DNA from: Ophelia neglecta
Taxonomy: Eukaryota
Assembly (NCBI GenBank): GCA_965285935.1
Contig: OZ260665.1
Coordinates: 20,646,001 to 20,710,000 of the forward strand
Reading direction: 5' to 3'
DNA length: 64,000 bases
Shown here: one piece after another, positions 50,998 to 64,000 of the stretch
How positions within the stretch are numbered: the first letter of the stretch is position 1
Layout of the letters: each line of letters opens with the position of its first letter
Notes under the pieces: model-generated
What the model saw: the letters and a program-made list of their open reading frames with translations, nothing else
Database searches by the model: none
What the model was told of the DNA's origin: nothing
Program-made: the position numbers and the translations under genes

Positions 50998-52969
50998 ATC
51001 ATTGATTAAAAATGAATCTATACAAACCTTGTTTCTCGAGCATGCAACTTTCACCTAGCACCTCGAAAATATTGCTTCTGTATCTATAGTTTTGTATAAA
51101 AATTATTAACCCGTAACCGCCTTATAATGAGGATAGTTTGAAGCCCAACCAATATCATAACATGCAGTGTAACGAGCTCTGCAGATTAAAATTGTTCATA
51201 TAAAGGGCAGCTATTTACTTCTGTGCGGGACATACCAGTAAGTTATCTATATGCTTTGAAACGATTCATCTTAAAATGCGAAACCTCGTCCAGCTCTGCG
51301 CATGACAAATGGTAAGAGGATAACAATAATACGACAAATATTGCCGCTTGTATACTGTACTGATGAACGGCAATATTTATAAGTGTCTTCTTTCTTCGAG
51401 GATATAGTTATTGCAATAAATCAATATGTGATGTGCACACTATGTACCAACAACTTGTACTGGATAGCAAATACTTAACACGGTCCAAAGTTAACCGCCA
51501 CATCGACATGCATTGTAAGACTATAATCACTCATTCAGCTAACACATACATACCAAGGAGTCGTATAGACAGGACAGATCGGAACTTGCAATTATAAGTT
51601 AAAGGGTCGAAGTGTTCCCATTAGTAGGGTCGGTTGTTTTAAATAGCCACCCGCCATTGCTCCGAAATAGCCCGGTCATGGATTTTTAATTATAACTTCA
51701 GAATCACCGAGAAATTAAGTTGTGACACCCCTTACAAAACTTTGGCAATTATTCCTTTTGACACGACATAATACTAACATCCTTTGAAAGATATTAGCTT
51801 CAAACCTTACAATCATGCCGGAAAATATTTCATACAAGCAATATATTTTTGAAATGAAATTTGGTAATTTTTTAAATTGGACTCCTGATACGGTTTAAAA
51901 ATCTGAATGGGTTTATTTGTTTTGGAATAGTGCACTTACAGACTCAGAGTCAGATTATTTTATTTTGACCAACAAAATATAATATACATAATTTCTATGA
52001 AAAAGTAAATAATTTGTGTACAAATCATAAGTAATCATATAGCTCAATAATAGGACAGGGAGACCATTTTAAGATCAGAATTGATCGCTATTAAATGGCC
52101 ACCCTTAGGAAAAATTAAATCTAAATGAAAAATGAAAGGTCAATTTGCACGAAGGCCTGATTATTCATGGATGTGATGTATTTGAATCTAGAAACTATGT
52201 GCTTCAAAAATCCATGTGCCTTATAAAAGAATGATGCAATGCCTCAATTTCCCCCCTTCATTTCAATGTCTCGTGTAAGCTATGCTTCTCTTCCGCCATC
52301 ATTGTTCTGGAACCCGTCAAGACCAGAAGTGGCTTCGACCGTGTTAAGGTTGTCCGTCAAAACACAAATCCCTGTAAGTCATTGAGACAAAACCACCTAA
52401 AACCAGCTTATATATTGATTATCAAGCTTAATCAAGACTTTAATAAGAGTAAATAATAAAAAAAAAAGTTTTTAATGGAAAAGTCCTTAAGGGACTGTGG
52501 TTCAGTATTAAACACTTTATGTTGAAAATTTAAATCTCACCATAGAAGCTTAACTTTTGTGTATTGCTTTACACTAAGTCAAAAATATCTTACAACATCT
52601 TACTTCAGGCAATTATCCAGCCATAAATAAAGCAGAACTATTAAAGATAGGACAAAATCTACCTTCATAACATCAAACCCCATATCACCAGTATTGAATA
52701 TTACCGAACGTTATTTTTATTTCATTTTACTCTTATGTACAATCTCTTATTATTGTTGTTCAATAATAAAATAAACTGGTTGTATTACAAATGAAGTGCT
52801 GACTACTATTGATTCTATATACGTGTGGTGTCAAATCTGTTGCTGATTGAACGAAGAAGAAAACAGTCGAACAGAATGTATATTTAGGTAAATGATGTGG
52901 TTTTAGAAGGACAACCACCTACCAAAATATACATAAAGAACTCAATCAGCCATTTGTGTTATGTATCTC

Positions 52970-53829
52970 TCAGCTATAACTGAACATGTAAATTAGTACG
53001 GCGATATAGACAAGCGCTCCACAGACCATGGCCACAAGACAAAAGATGAAACTGGTCTGCGCATGCCCTTGGGCAAGTTTATTATCGGGGGTCCGACGCG
53101 CACGCGCACTGAATAAAATGGCAATGCAACCAAATATACAATTACACAGCAGACATGTGAGTATGGCCAAACACATATTGCTGTCTGTTTTGATGACTGG
53201 AACATATTGTTGGTATGGAACCTGGGCTGGGATTGTATACACGCCGCTTTGTTCGACTTCTCCAGACTGGCAAACGAGAGAAGGAAGTATTTAAAATGGG
53301 GATAAGATATAATGGTTATGGGTACTGCATTGATTGCAGCCATACACTTCAAACAAGTGATTGGTGAAAACGAACCGATGTAATGAAATTGAATCTCAAT
53401 TAAAATGTTTTGTTGATCTTTCAGCTTTCGAATTACGTGTTTCGTATGTCATGTGGAATTATTCATATCATATTCTTAGACATTTGTATATTCTACATTA
53501 ACAATGCACTATATTAGCAGCTTATTAGTATGACATACACTGTCAATGTGTTGTCAGAAAAACTCATCTGACTTTCCATTCATTAGGTATACTTGACATT
53601 GATTAACCTTCGCGTACCAGCATACATACTTGCGATCGATATGATGGTGCCGTATATAAATTTGAGTATGTGCCATATCCAGAAGTGGCATCAGCAGTAT
53701 ACGGAGGTGGCGCCGACGTCCATAACTGCTGGTTAACAGCCTCTGTAGGGGGCTCACCATGGCTATCTATGACGGAAAAAGCGTTCACCATCGAAGTCAT
53801 CTGGGACTTTTCATCTATGCTTGGATTGC
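52970..53829 (-). CDS. CD225/dispanin membrane protein 3 (inverted); exons 53829-53618 and 53266-52970; first exon uncertain
   Basis: Last exon KTDSNMCLAILTCLLCNCIFGCIAILFSARA..AQGHAQTSFIFCLVAM; exon 2 WTSAPPPYTAD. Acceptor actatag|53829 is phase 1. Donor ctg|gtacgc is positionally equivalent to the paralogs (alternative caa|gtatgt at 53630). Acceptor tgccag|53266 is phase 0. Candidate exon 1 ATGGTGCCAG|GT at 54575-54566. Confidence 0.82.
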
Positions 53830-56800
53830 CTATAGTAAGATGCTGTATTTACATTTGTATGCCAGTGTTTGGCAATTTGACAATTTCATCTGCTATTGTG
53901 AGATTTAATTTTTCAACATATAAAGCGCCAGAGACAAATAATATAGAGACATTTTCATTAATATAGTGTCCTTAGACTATGACGATAAAATCGATTGATA
54001 CTTTGTTGAAAGAAACAGATGATCTATTAGTAGGACTGAGTTTATTTTACTGTAACACCCTGTCAAATTCATTTGTAAGCCTCAACAAACATTTGAATTT
54101 GCTCTTTTTGTCTCTCCTTGGGACATATGTAAAGGCAATATAATAACTTTCGTTACATCAGCACAGCAACGGCAACACAACAATATGTCCGAACAGGTTC
54201 ATTGTGACATTATGAATTGATGGCCTATTAGCTTATGTTTGAGGGTGGTTTTTGAGATTTTGGACCGATAAACTGACTATTCTTGATTGAATAAGATTGC
54301 TCTGTCTGCAAGATATCCACTCCCTTATTTATCCGTTCGTGCTATACTACTATACCAAAAAAATTATTAACTACTGGGTAACCGGATATGATACTGTACC
54401 GAAACTGTTCGCCAGCAGGGACAATTATTTATATCGATTTTCCCGTATATTTGCTTCATGATACTTAAATTGTAGGAAGTCATTTCTGTATTAAATTAGG
54501 TATATAGAGTATAGAATTTATACTTATCTTAGCGTTAAGGTATATAGAGTACAGCCGAGTAATACCTGGCACCATTCAATAGGTAATTTCGAGCAGTGAG
54601 AAAGCTTATTTGATGCACACTTTAATGAGAACAGTTTCACACACCACTTATCTCTGCGACTTGATTATTCTTTCGGCGACGAAAAAATATGCCTTCATAA
54701 TGGTGTAAACATTTTCCTATCTAGTGATTTATTACTAGCCCCATTAAGCCTGGAATTTCATCAGAAAGTGTTATGTCAGAACTGATTAGGCTTGTGGCTT
54801 GTTCTTGCTGTTTTCAGACTGCTTTATGGAATATTCTGGGTTAATAACTCGGCTTTGTCTACTGCCGCTTTCTAACGGTCATTTGACCAAAACAGATAAC
54901 AGAAGTATATATTTGCAAGTCAAACTATAATGGGCAAAACAATGCCTAAGAATAGAATGTATCTTAAAGTCAAAATGTGTGTGTAGGGTATTCAAATATT
55001 CAAATTGTATTTCAACTACATGTCGAATAATATCTGATATAACGTATTTTTTAGATTTTAAAATCTTACATGACGTGTACTGTAGGTGCATACTGGTTGA
55101 AGGTGCTTCCAGGTTTCCTCTTTAACAACTAGTCCAATGAATAACCCGAGGTGTAAATCTGCAGAAAGGTGAAATGGATTAATGATTACAAAACACAGAG
55201 ACTGCCGGCTTCAGTATAGTGAAATCAAAAGAATTATTTAACCTCAATAAGTTACGATGTTGGTTAACAATTCACACTGAAACAGTCTGGTACAAGTTTT
55301 ATGGGTTTGGAAATTTAACTGAATTTAAACAACGTACCATGAAAAGTCACGATCCTGAACCGTTGTCTTCTTCCTTTAACATGACTGTTGGCTAAAATAT
55401 ATGAACTTTATCGCAGTAACACTAAACTTTGAGCTATATTCTGTAATCATCTACCCGGTTGGTTAATGTTATGTTTTATAAGGACTGTGTTTGCAATAAC
55501 TTCTTGAAACTATACTTGAGACTATACTTGAAACTAACCCGTGTTAATTAGTTTATCTGTACATTACACAAGTACATATATCAGTCATCGCATGGATTCC
55601 CCATCACTGAATAATTACTATACCGACTTCCTCCTGACAGCAAGTGATGCATAAATATATATGCTGAAATGTTTGTAAAGTCACATGTATAATGGCAGGG
55701 TGTACCATTCGAGTGCAATACTGATCATCATCAGCATAATAGCAGTTTGAAGTTTGAAATCAATGACTATTATAATCCCATGCTTACCATGTTTAATCAT
55801 ACTTCAAAACTATATATGTCCAAAATGTTGGTGTATATTGTCCTAATAACCCCTTCCTCAAAGCCACCAAAATAAAAAATTGAGGTAAGAAATAAGCATA
55901 CTAAACAATTTAAAATGCATCGTTCGTAACTTTTTATTTTTAAGGTGTTTAAAATTACCTACATATCCTGATGTTAGCCAGGTTTTGTTCTGAATTGACG
56001 ATACACACGGTTTTACGTCGTTGACTCTTTAAATGCCACAACAAAATTCAATTCAAAATTCTGTTCAGAGGATACGTCGGCTCTAAATAAAGAATAATAA
56101 TATGTCTGGTGTATATTACAACGATTGGACAACATACTATAAACCCGAAAGATTATAGTGGCTCCTATTTGTCTTGAATATCATTAGGGTAAATTTTTAT
56201 CGTGTTAGGAACATTCAACTTATATTTATTAAGGGGCATAAGTGAAGGAATGAAATACGCATTTGCACTCTCCTCAGGCTTTTGTGTATTCCACTTGTCA
56301 CATTTCTGACCAAATATTGTTTCTGCATTTTTGCACTTTACATTTATGGCTTTCCTGATGGTTATTACAATTGAATTTAAAAAAAAAAATTTTACATGCT
56401 CGTCAGCAAAGTACAAAAAATAGCGAAAAATACATACTTCATATCAGTAACTTTAATATTGACAAATAGTTAGAAAGGTCGGTGTTTTCTTTTATCATAT
56501 GTTATATGCCTCCTCTAGTGTAGGAAAGCGAGTCCTGTTTAGATAAATCAATGTTCAAGTAAAATAAGGGCATTTTTATCAATTGCATGGGGAGATAAGT
56601 CAGACATTTCCGTCCATGCACGTTTGTAAAACTTTGCAGCACTAGAGGGAAGGAGGAAAACATTCAGGGCTTTTCACATACATAAAAATGACTTGGAGTA
56701 CTTCTACTTTGGTTACAAGACACTACAAATTACACAACAGAGCTATAAAAAACTTACCCACAAGTCACAAGTCATTTTTTAGACCTTAATGCATTTCATA

Positions 56801-58029
56801 TTATTCATCAAGTATTGTTGAAACATATCCATCATCATCTCGTCAATTGATATATATCAGGTGTTGACAGCCTTCACTTAAAACAACAAATATTAAAAGA
56901 TAAACTAAATAATGTCTGATGATTTAAAAGGCAATTTATCAAAGAAAACCAATTATGCGAATCTCGCAAAAGTGACAGCATATTTCGCCTTAATTCTGAA
57001 GCCATTTTGTGAATAACGTAGTCAGTATATGACCAAGGGTGTCTTGTGGTAGGCTGGAAGCGCCATAATGGCCTAAACAGTAACAAAGGCAAAGTGCAGG
57101 GTACGTTCTGGATAGCTACACATGAAAACATGCAAGGCAAGGGAATATGTCCTCACTAGCTTGCAGTAAATAACGCGGGTCAGACAACGCATTATCTTAT
57201 AACGGCATTAAAATTACTATAGAACTTGGGGTGTCCGAATATTTAAGAAATATCGTTGCTAATGTTGTGATATATTTTCGAAGAAGTAATAACGGCGAAG
57301 CAGGTGCGTGGAGGTATGTGTATCACTGGTTCATTATAGTTCCGGGCGAGGCCAGGCTGACCATGCGAACATTGCTGAGACCTGAGGTTTATCCCAGACC
57401 ACCTATAGTTTAGGAATGAACCATTGTTCCTTAAGTGGATACAAAATTCCCAGCCAAATATTTCACTATATCTGAGAGAGTGGCTGCCTGTGGTATGGCT
57501 TTAAGATTGATTTATTGAACCTATGGCCCGCGCATGTTACAAAGACACTACGCTCTCGCATTTGCTTGAATACATTATAAGCTTTTTTGATTTTAATTGT
57601 CGTCGGGTTATATTTAGAATACGAACTAGAACGTCAAGTGCGTAATAACTGCTTCAATGAAAAGACAGATAGCTAAGTAATGTGACGATCTGATATAACT
57701 AGAGGAGTTTTTGGTAATTATACACGAGATAAATCTGTTTCGAGTAGGTATTAACTGTCCGATAAACTTCCAAATGGGCTTGCCAAGTGAGACTTAAGAA
57801 GAGGATAACATGATAATCTCGCCTGATTTCAAAAAACTTCAAAGAAGGGTCTAGATGACTCACTTCGCTTCGTTAAGGCCGTTATATGACTTTCGGACCT
57901 AAAACTAAACTCAGAAGGACTTTGGAGCTGCAAATCACATGAAACATGGTGATAGATAGCCTTTGGGTGGTTAAGGGCGATACTCCAGAGCAAAAATATT
58001 GACACGTGTTTAATGTTTTTATACATATA

Positions 58030-58205
58030 CAGTGACACCTGTGAATTGAGACCACTAAGAGACTCGAACAAACTGGTCCCCTTATGGAGGTGGTCTGTTT
58101 AGGCAGGTTATTTTACATTGATAGTGTAGAGTATGGTATTCAAATTAGTGGTTCTAGTTGACAGGTGGTCTTTACATAGAGGTGGTCTTTAAGGCAGATT
58201 CTCTG
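58030..58205. mobile_element. Tc1/mariner(pogo)-type MITE, copy 2
   Basis: ta|cagtgacacctgtgaattgagaccac ... gtggtctttaaggcagattctctg|ta, with TA on both sides. Homologous to 12727-12909. Confidence 0.8.
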
Positions 58206-61052
58206 TATATATATCAAGACCTTGTTTATTTTGTGTTGGCAGAAACTTGCCCCGGGCATCCTCTCTCGTAGATACCCGTTTTATTGTTATACCCTGATTT
58301 GCAACAATCCTTCCTTAATAAGGAATGCCGGTCTCTAATGGCACGCAATAATAGAATCTAGTTCGTACGAGCTTTTCACTAAAGACTACTAACTCATATA
58401 CACGATTGGATAGTGCGGGGATAGGGTGTCCCCCAATCCTATCTGTCTTGTGACTCAATAATTTCATAATCACAGTGCATGTTCAAATGATAAAAAATGA
58501 AGTAGACACTATTACACACTTCAAATGTTTGGCCACTACTTTAAGATAGGAACTATCAGTAGCCTTTTACATGTTTCAGTGTGATTCTACAGGGTATCTT
58601 GCCATTCGCAAACTCAGTATGTTAGTTTTACTTTGGAAATGGGCCCGCTGTTCTTATAACTCAATGTGAGGTCATCGCTTGGTTTGTTTCGTGGTAGGAT
58701 AACAGCTCGCTACCGAACTGTTTAACCCGACTATGAATAGAGTGAGCATATGTGGAGTACGCTTATTTATATTAGAACGTATAAAGCAGTATGTCTCGAA
58801 CTATTTATGTATCCATGAGCGGGCTGGGTGTAACACGGTCTATCTAAAAAAAATACACCTATACAACACCATTATAATTTGATTGGGGTTATGGACACAT
58901 TCGTAAAGATTTCGCGCAATGTGATTATTTTACTTTATGTTATATGATTGTAAGAACAGGAGCTAACTAAAAAATTGAACATTGGACTGTAAAATTGGAA
59001 TTTTTTTAGTTCAGGCCATTATTTCATTACAGAGGAATGCTGCTTCTGGAATGGTATACTTCCTTGGTGGCCAAATAATCTCAATCGCCTAGTGTGACAC
59101 TGAAGCAATATTGTAACACACTAAATATTCAACACACTGAATTCATCTAACTTAGTTTTATTAATTCAATCAATCAATTATTGTCCGGTATTGAGTTAGC
59201 CATGCTAAATTCCCAAATTTCGCCCTGTTATATATTACTAGAGCACAGCTTGGTTACTATACCAACTTTGGTGCACAAATAAAAGGTTAAAAAACGCTTA
59301 ACACAAAGAAGTATCAGATCACCGCATGTCAATCCTAACACAGCTCTTACTCGTTATGATGCCAGCGGGCTGACATTTTCTGGTTGTACAATCAGCCCAG
59401 TGGGTTTTGTGAGAAACCAGCGGGGCAGGCTCCATGACATAAAGCTAGTACTCATTTCCGTCTCATTGTGTTTCTATGCCGACTAATTTCCTGTGTGTTC
59501 ATTTTTCTCCAATGGTTATATATATCATTTCCCACTCAAGGCAAGTACTATGGTAATGAATGCCTTCATAGATCCAATAGCATGGTTTACGGCATGTTTT
59601 TAACCAGGCCACCATTGAAAAATAATTTAGTATATCATATTCTAGCCATTTACTCAATGCTTCGAGTGAAACAAAAAGTTGGTGGCTTTAAACATATTGT
59701 TCATTTGACGGGTGTGCCTTTCATTTTTAACCAATTTTACGTTGTTTATTTTCTTAAATATGGGAAATAGCTATCAAATTAAGTAATAGTGATATATAAA
59801 ACTATTTGTATTATAATCGTAAATGTATAAAACCAAGTTCTATGTATCGATAAACAACAAATACATTTTTATTTCAGCGGATGTAATTTTTTCTTAATAC
59901 TCATTGAATTTAGTCGGTTATCCCGTAAACTGATCTGGATGCTTGTAAATTAAGCATCATGTCGGACGAAATATTACTTTATAAAAATAAAAGTAGTTTT
60001 AGGCGCGTCAGTATTTTCACAACTACCGTACGTAGATTGTTGTTGATCAAGACTAGGTTTTTGATGTATCTGCCTTAGCTCTTTGACATATCTGTGAATT
60101 AAGTATTGTTTGGCAATGCTTAGCAAAACAGGTAGGAGGAATACCTTTTATTAGAGCAAATGCGGGAATATATTCATTTGTGTGTGTTAATAACACATCA
60201 CAGGAAAGTTAGTTTTAACTAAAGCGGCTTAATATACGCGTTTAAACAAGATGCTATGTCCATGTCAAGTTTTGTTTTATCGAATATATGTTTCACTAAG
60301 AACAATACCAATTTCCATGAAGAAAAAAGAAGAAGCCACAGGATAAACCCGATATTCCATTAGTTTTATGTTGAACTGGATTCAGTATTTAAATGCGGGC
60401 GGCAGTCCTTGTCGGTAGCGTTTTCGCAAAGTAATTTCCTGGAATTAAATGGTAGCTAAATATCACTGTTCACAGGTGGTTTTCGAAATTCTTCTCCAGT
60501 AATGACCAATCAGATCTGTTTCTCATCCTCATTATTTGGCTAGGACCTTATCTCCCAATAAAGCAATCGAATTGTTTGCTTATGCTAGTGTTATTTCGCT
60601 CCATTGATTAGCAAAAATAACATCATTTTATTGCTTGACTAACAGAGTATGATCGGGCAAGACAACATGGACAGCAGCATGTGATGGATGATTACTGTCA
60701 TTTACGAATATTGTCGACAACCAGCTGCACACAGTGACATTTAAAGAACATTGTTCATACGGAAATTAACTGGTTAATTAAGCAAAGATGAAAAGGTCAC
60801 CTTTAAAAAGGTATGCCTCCCACATTTAAGTAAAGCAAATATATATTGATCAGCAAACAGCATCTGTAGTATAAATGGAATATTATCACGAATTGCAGGC
60901 TTTTTGAATTAATGACGTTTTTTAAGATGCAACTTTAAAGACAAGTTGTTAGAATTTGACATTGAAACGATATTATTTAGATAAACTTGGTTTTAATTTC
61001 GCATTAATTTGTTGGTTTAGGAAGAACAACCGCCTTCTTGATTCTTGTGCTG

Positions 61053-63770
61053 TGATTGATTGATTGATATCTTTATTCCCCCAGTTTCTGGAGAGTACAT
61101 AATGGCGAACATATATACATTACAAACGGAATAAAAAGGGAAGAAATATGAAAATAGTAGTAATGGTAGATGGTAACATGACATTGTCAATGTACTTCTA
61201 CCATGTGGCATTCCAATTGACCTATATATATACCCATAACACAATAGCTGACATGGGGAGTCTAATTGATGAGCCGATCTAACATAATTACCCTACATCT
61301 ATACAAGTAATAAATCGCTCGAGCGATCTCAATGCCATCAGACCTCTCGCCAGCCCCAAGCAACCACGATACCACATCACTGTCTGGCGAATTTGACATG
61401 ATTCGGCACAACCATTGTCTGTCCACATCGAGAGCCTCACATGAGAGCAGAAAGTGTGTAACATCCTCTACTCCATCCCCACAAAGTTTACATGTTCTGC
61501 GACACCTTGGTTTGTTCTCCCGTCGACATTTTGTCATCTCCAAATCCAAGTCTTCGAGAATCAGCTTTACCATCACACGACATGCACAAAGGGCGCCAGG
61601 AAACTTCATAGCAGTTGACCACCATGGAGACATCTGTAAAACACCAGCAACCGCCCTATAGGTCTTCGTACTTGGATAGAACAAACAGCCAACTTTCAGT
61701 TGGCTGTCTGCTGCATGGCGGATAGCATTCTTGATCTGTCTTTTCCAGAGAGCTCTACTGGGAATATTGCCAGTGACAACTGAGTTATGGAGCAGGTGAT
61801 CAAGCCCGTACTTGTAACAAGAACTGATCATAGCGGCAACAGGTCCATTTTCCATCCGTAAAGTGCAGCCTCTCTCAATAATACGGTGCACGGCTATCCT
61901 GCGCAATAGTGACCCCGGCCGAGCCAGCAGCAAGCTGTGTAGCAAGAGCAACCTGTGATAATCCAGTTCACATTCAACTGACCACCAGCCAAGTGTTGCG
62001 TAGCTCAATGGAGAGGCTAATGTCAATGATAGTCGCTGTAGCCTTTTACCATCCTGACATCGGGCCTTCTCCAGCATCAACAACTCATCGGCTCGCAAGT
62101 CCACCAGTTCTAACCCGTACAGGAGGCCAGGGACTACGATACTCGTGTACAGTTTGCTGGCAATGAGTGGCTGAAGTCCGCTGGATGTACCACCAATTCC
62201 AAACATGGGGTTAGTTTTCCTTCTGGCTTTGGATAGTCTTTCTTCGAGAACGTCTTTCATGAATTTCCGCGACTGTGTCAGCGGTATCCCAAGGTGAATA
62301 CAGCCAGCTGAGGCAGGCAGCAAGTACTTTCCCATCTGTAGCGGGCGGGGGTGTCGGCACTTAGATGGAGTTGAAGTGAAATGCATGTACTCCGATTTCC
62401 TAGGATTAAACGAGAACCGCCAGCGTCTACTGTAGTCTAAAGCAGTGTCCACGATCCGCTGAAGGTTCGGTAGGTACAAGGCCATAATGGTTACATCATC
62501 AGCAAAAGCTGGGGCACAGCAGGAAGATTGGTACAAATGGGTCCCAAGTTGAAGGCTCTCCAAGGAGTCCAAGAAGTCGGCACTGAATATCTGAAATAGT
62601 CTCATCGAAAACTTTCCTCCCTGGAATACGCCTTGCAATACTTTAAACCATTCGGAGAGACAGTTTCCCACTCTCACAGCGCACCTGAAATCCTTGTACC
62701 ACATCCTCAAGAGTCTCCAAAGCTTTGCATCAATTCCAAGTTTATACAGTTTATAAAATAGGCCATCTATCCAAACGCGGTCAAATGCTTTCTTAGTGTC
62801 TAAGGCTACAGTGAAAACGTCACTTCCACGCTCGGTGTTGTATGCTATAACCTCACGGGCGATCAGTGATGTTTGCTTACTCGAGCAGCCCGGGAACGCT
62901 GCTCCTTGAAGCCTGCCCAATCGGTCCTCACATAGAAGCCACGGGTCACATCTAGAGAGCAAGGCACTCTCGAAAAATTTACAGAAGATAGTCAGCCTAT
63001 TAACATATCAAAAGGTAGGAGGAATACGTCTATGTTCACGTCTGTACTCCCGTTTAGCGTCCTTGTAGGCCCGATATAATGGATTTTCTGGGTTACGCGT
63101 TCGACCTGCCAGGTCCCAGTCCGATTTCAGTACCAAATTACGCCGCTTTGTTTCTTTCAGCGTGGCATCCCAGTATGGCTTTAAGTATGGTTTATAACTT
63201 CTGTGGGGCAGATTGTCACTGGAAATGGCACACATCAGCGCCGCTAACTCATCAGAGAAGGGATTGACAGAGTGTGGTGGCATGAACAGGTCACCAGCAT
63301 CAGAGTTCTCATCAATGTCGTATTTCTCCAATAAGTCTGATATTTCATGTTGTAGGGGCTCCGTGTACATAGTGTTTACTTGCTGGGACGATAGCTTGTG
63401 CCACTGTCTCTTGGGCTGGCTGGCTGGGAGGGGCCCGTCGACAAAGAGATGCCCCAGGGACAAACATATAGACAGCGGGAGATGGTCTGAGCTATTCTCT
63501 ACGCACTCATCTGTAACACACACTGATTTGACATTAGACACGATACTATGAGAAATCACACAGTGGTCAATGTAAGATAGGCGACCAAGGTTACTGCTGA
63601 ATGTGTATGTGGGGCCAGTGCAAGAATCCAATAGATCAATCATACACAGTGAGAGGCTATTACATATATTTAATAGGTAACCATACAGCTTTACAATCAT
63701 CTCTGTCCTCGCAAATCCTTGGCAGACTTGCTAGAAAGGCCGAGTTGAACATTAATGAACATTAACCCAT
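61053..63770 (-). mobile_element. Non-LTR retrotransposon (APE C-terminal part, RT, CCHC finger), 5'-truncated with an internal deletion; RTE-X-like clade is inference
   Basis: ORF 63008-63700 has SYIDHC and SSDHLP (APE). ORF 61262-62962 has LDTKKAFDRVW, GVFQGG, AFADDV, HLGI and CKLC..EDVTHFLLSC. 3' stem-loop, aataaa and (tcaa)n tail at 61053-61100. Confidence 0.93.
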
Positions 63771-64000
63771 GACCGTTTTAACTAAATATTAAAGCCTAGT
63801 AGGTGCTCCAGGGACAATAGAGAATGCTTGTTTGCTGAGAAATCAATTACACCGTGGCAAATTATTTCAACTTTGTCAATAAATGTTATTTTTATTAGAT
63901 AGAGGTTTACCTTTCCAATGTCACAAGTGTTACAAATGTTGCCAATATGCTTCTGCTTTTTTTCTTGTTTGGGAGCTGGGGATTGATGTTTTCGGGTCGT

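Noticed and set aside
51336-51378. Hairpin aaatattgccg..cggcaatattt as a pre-miRNA
   Set aside because: The perfect stem is only 11 bp and the structure ~43 nt, too short, with no other support.
57327-57423. Small MITE with tggttcatt..aatgaacca ends
   Set aside because: Only a 9-bp inverted match, no TSD and no second copy in the window.

Overview
AT-rich eukaryotic (animal) genomic DNA with GT-AG introns. The gene set (GRL101-type receptor, invertebrate-type muscarinic-like GPCR) suggests a marine invertebrate, possibly a lophotrochozoan; this is inference. From left to right: (1) the last two exons of a PIG-B/Alg9-family (GT22) mannosyltransferase-like gene with an atypical C-terminal TPR; (2) a giant two-exon minus-strand receptor (~2073 aa: signal peptide, ~950-aa region with degenerate CUB-like units, C-type lectin split by the intron, LDLa repeats, LRRs, divergent 7TM), which the ORF track shows as two separate ORFs; (3) a decayed inverted copy of (5); (4) a 70-bp minisatellite; (5) an intact muscarinic-like GPCR with a remodelled ligand pocket; (6) three PPxY-bearing CD225/dispanin (IFITM-like) genes and a possible fourth remnant. 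Several LINE fragments and MITEs are interspersed. No CRISPR array, rRNA or intact tRNA was found. All alignments and domain calls were made by eye.
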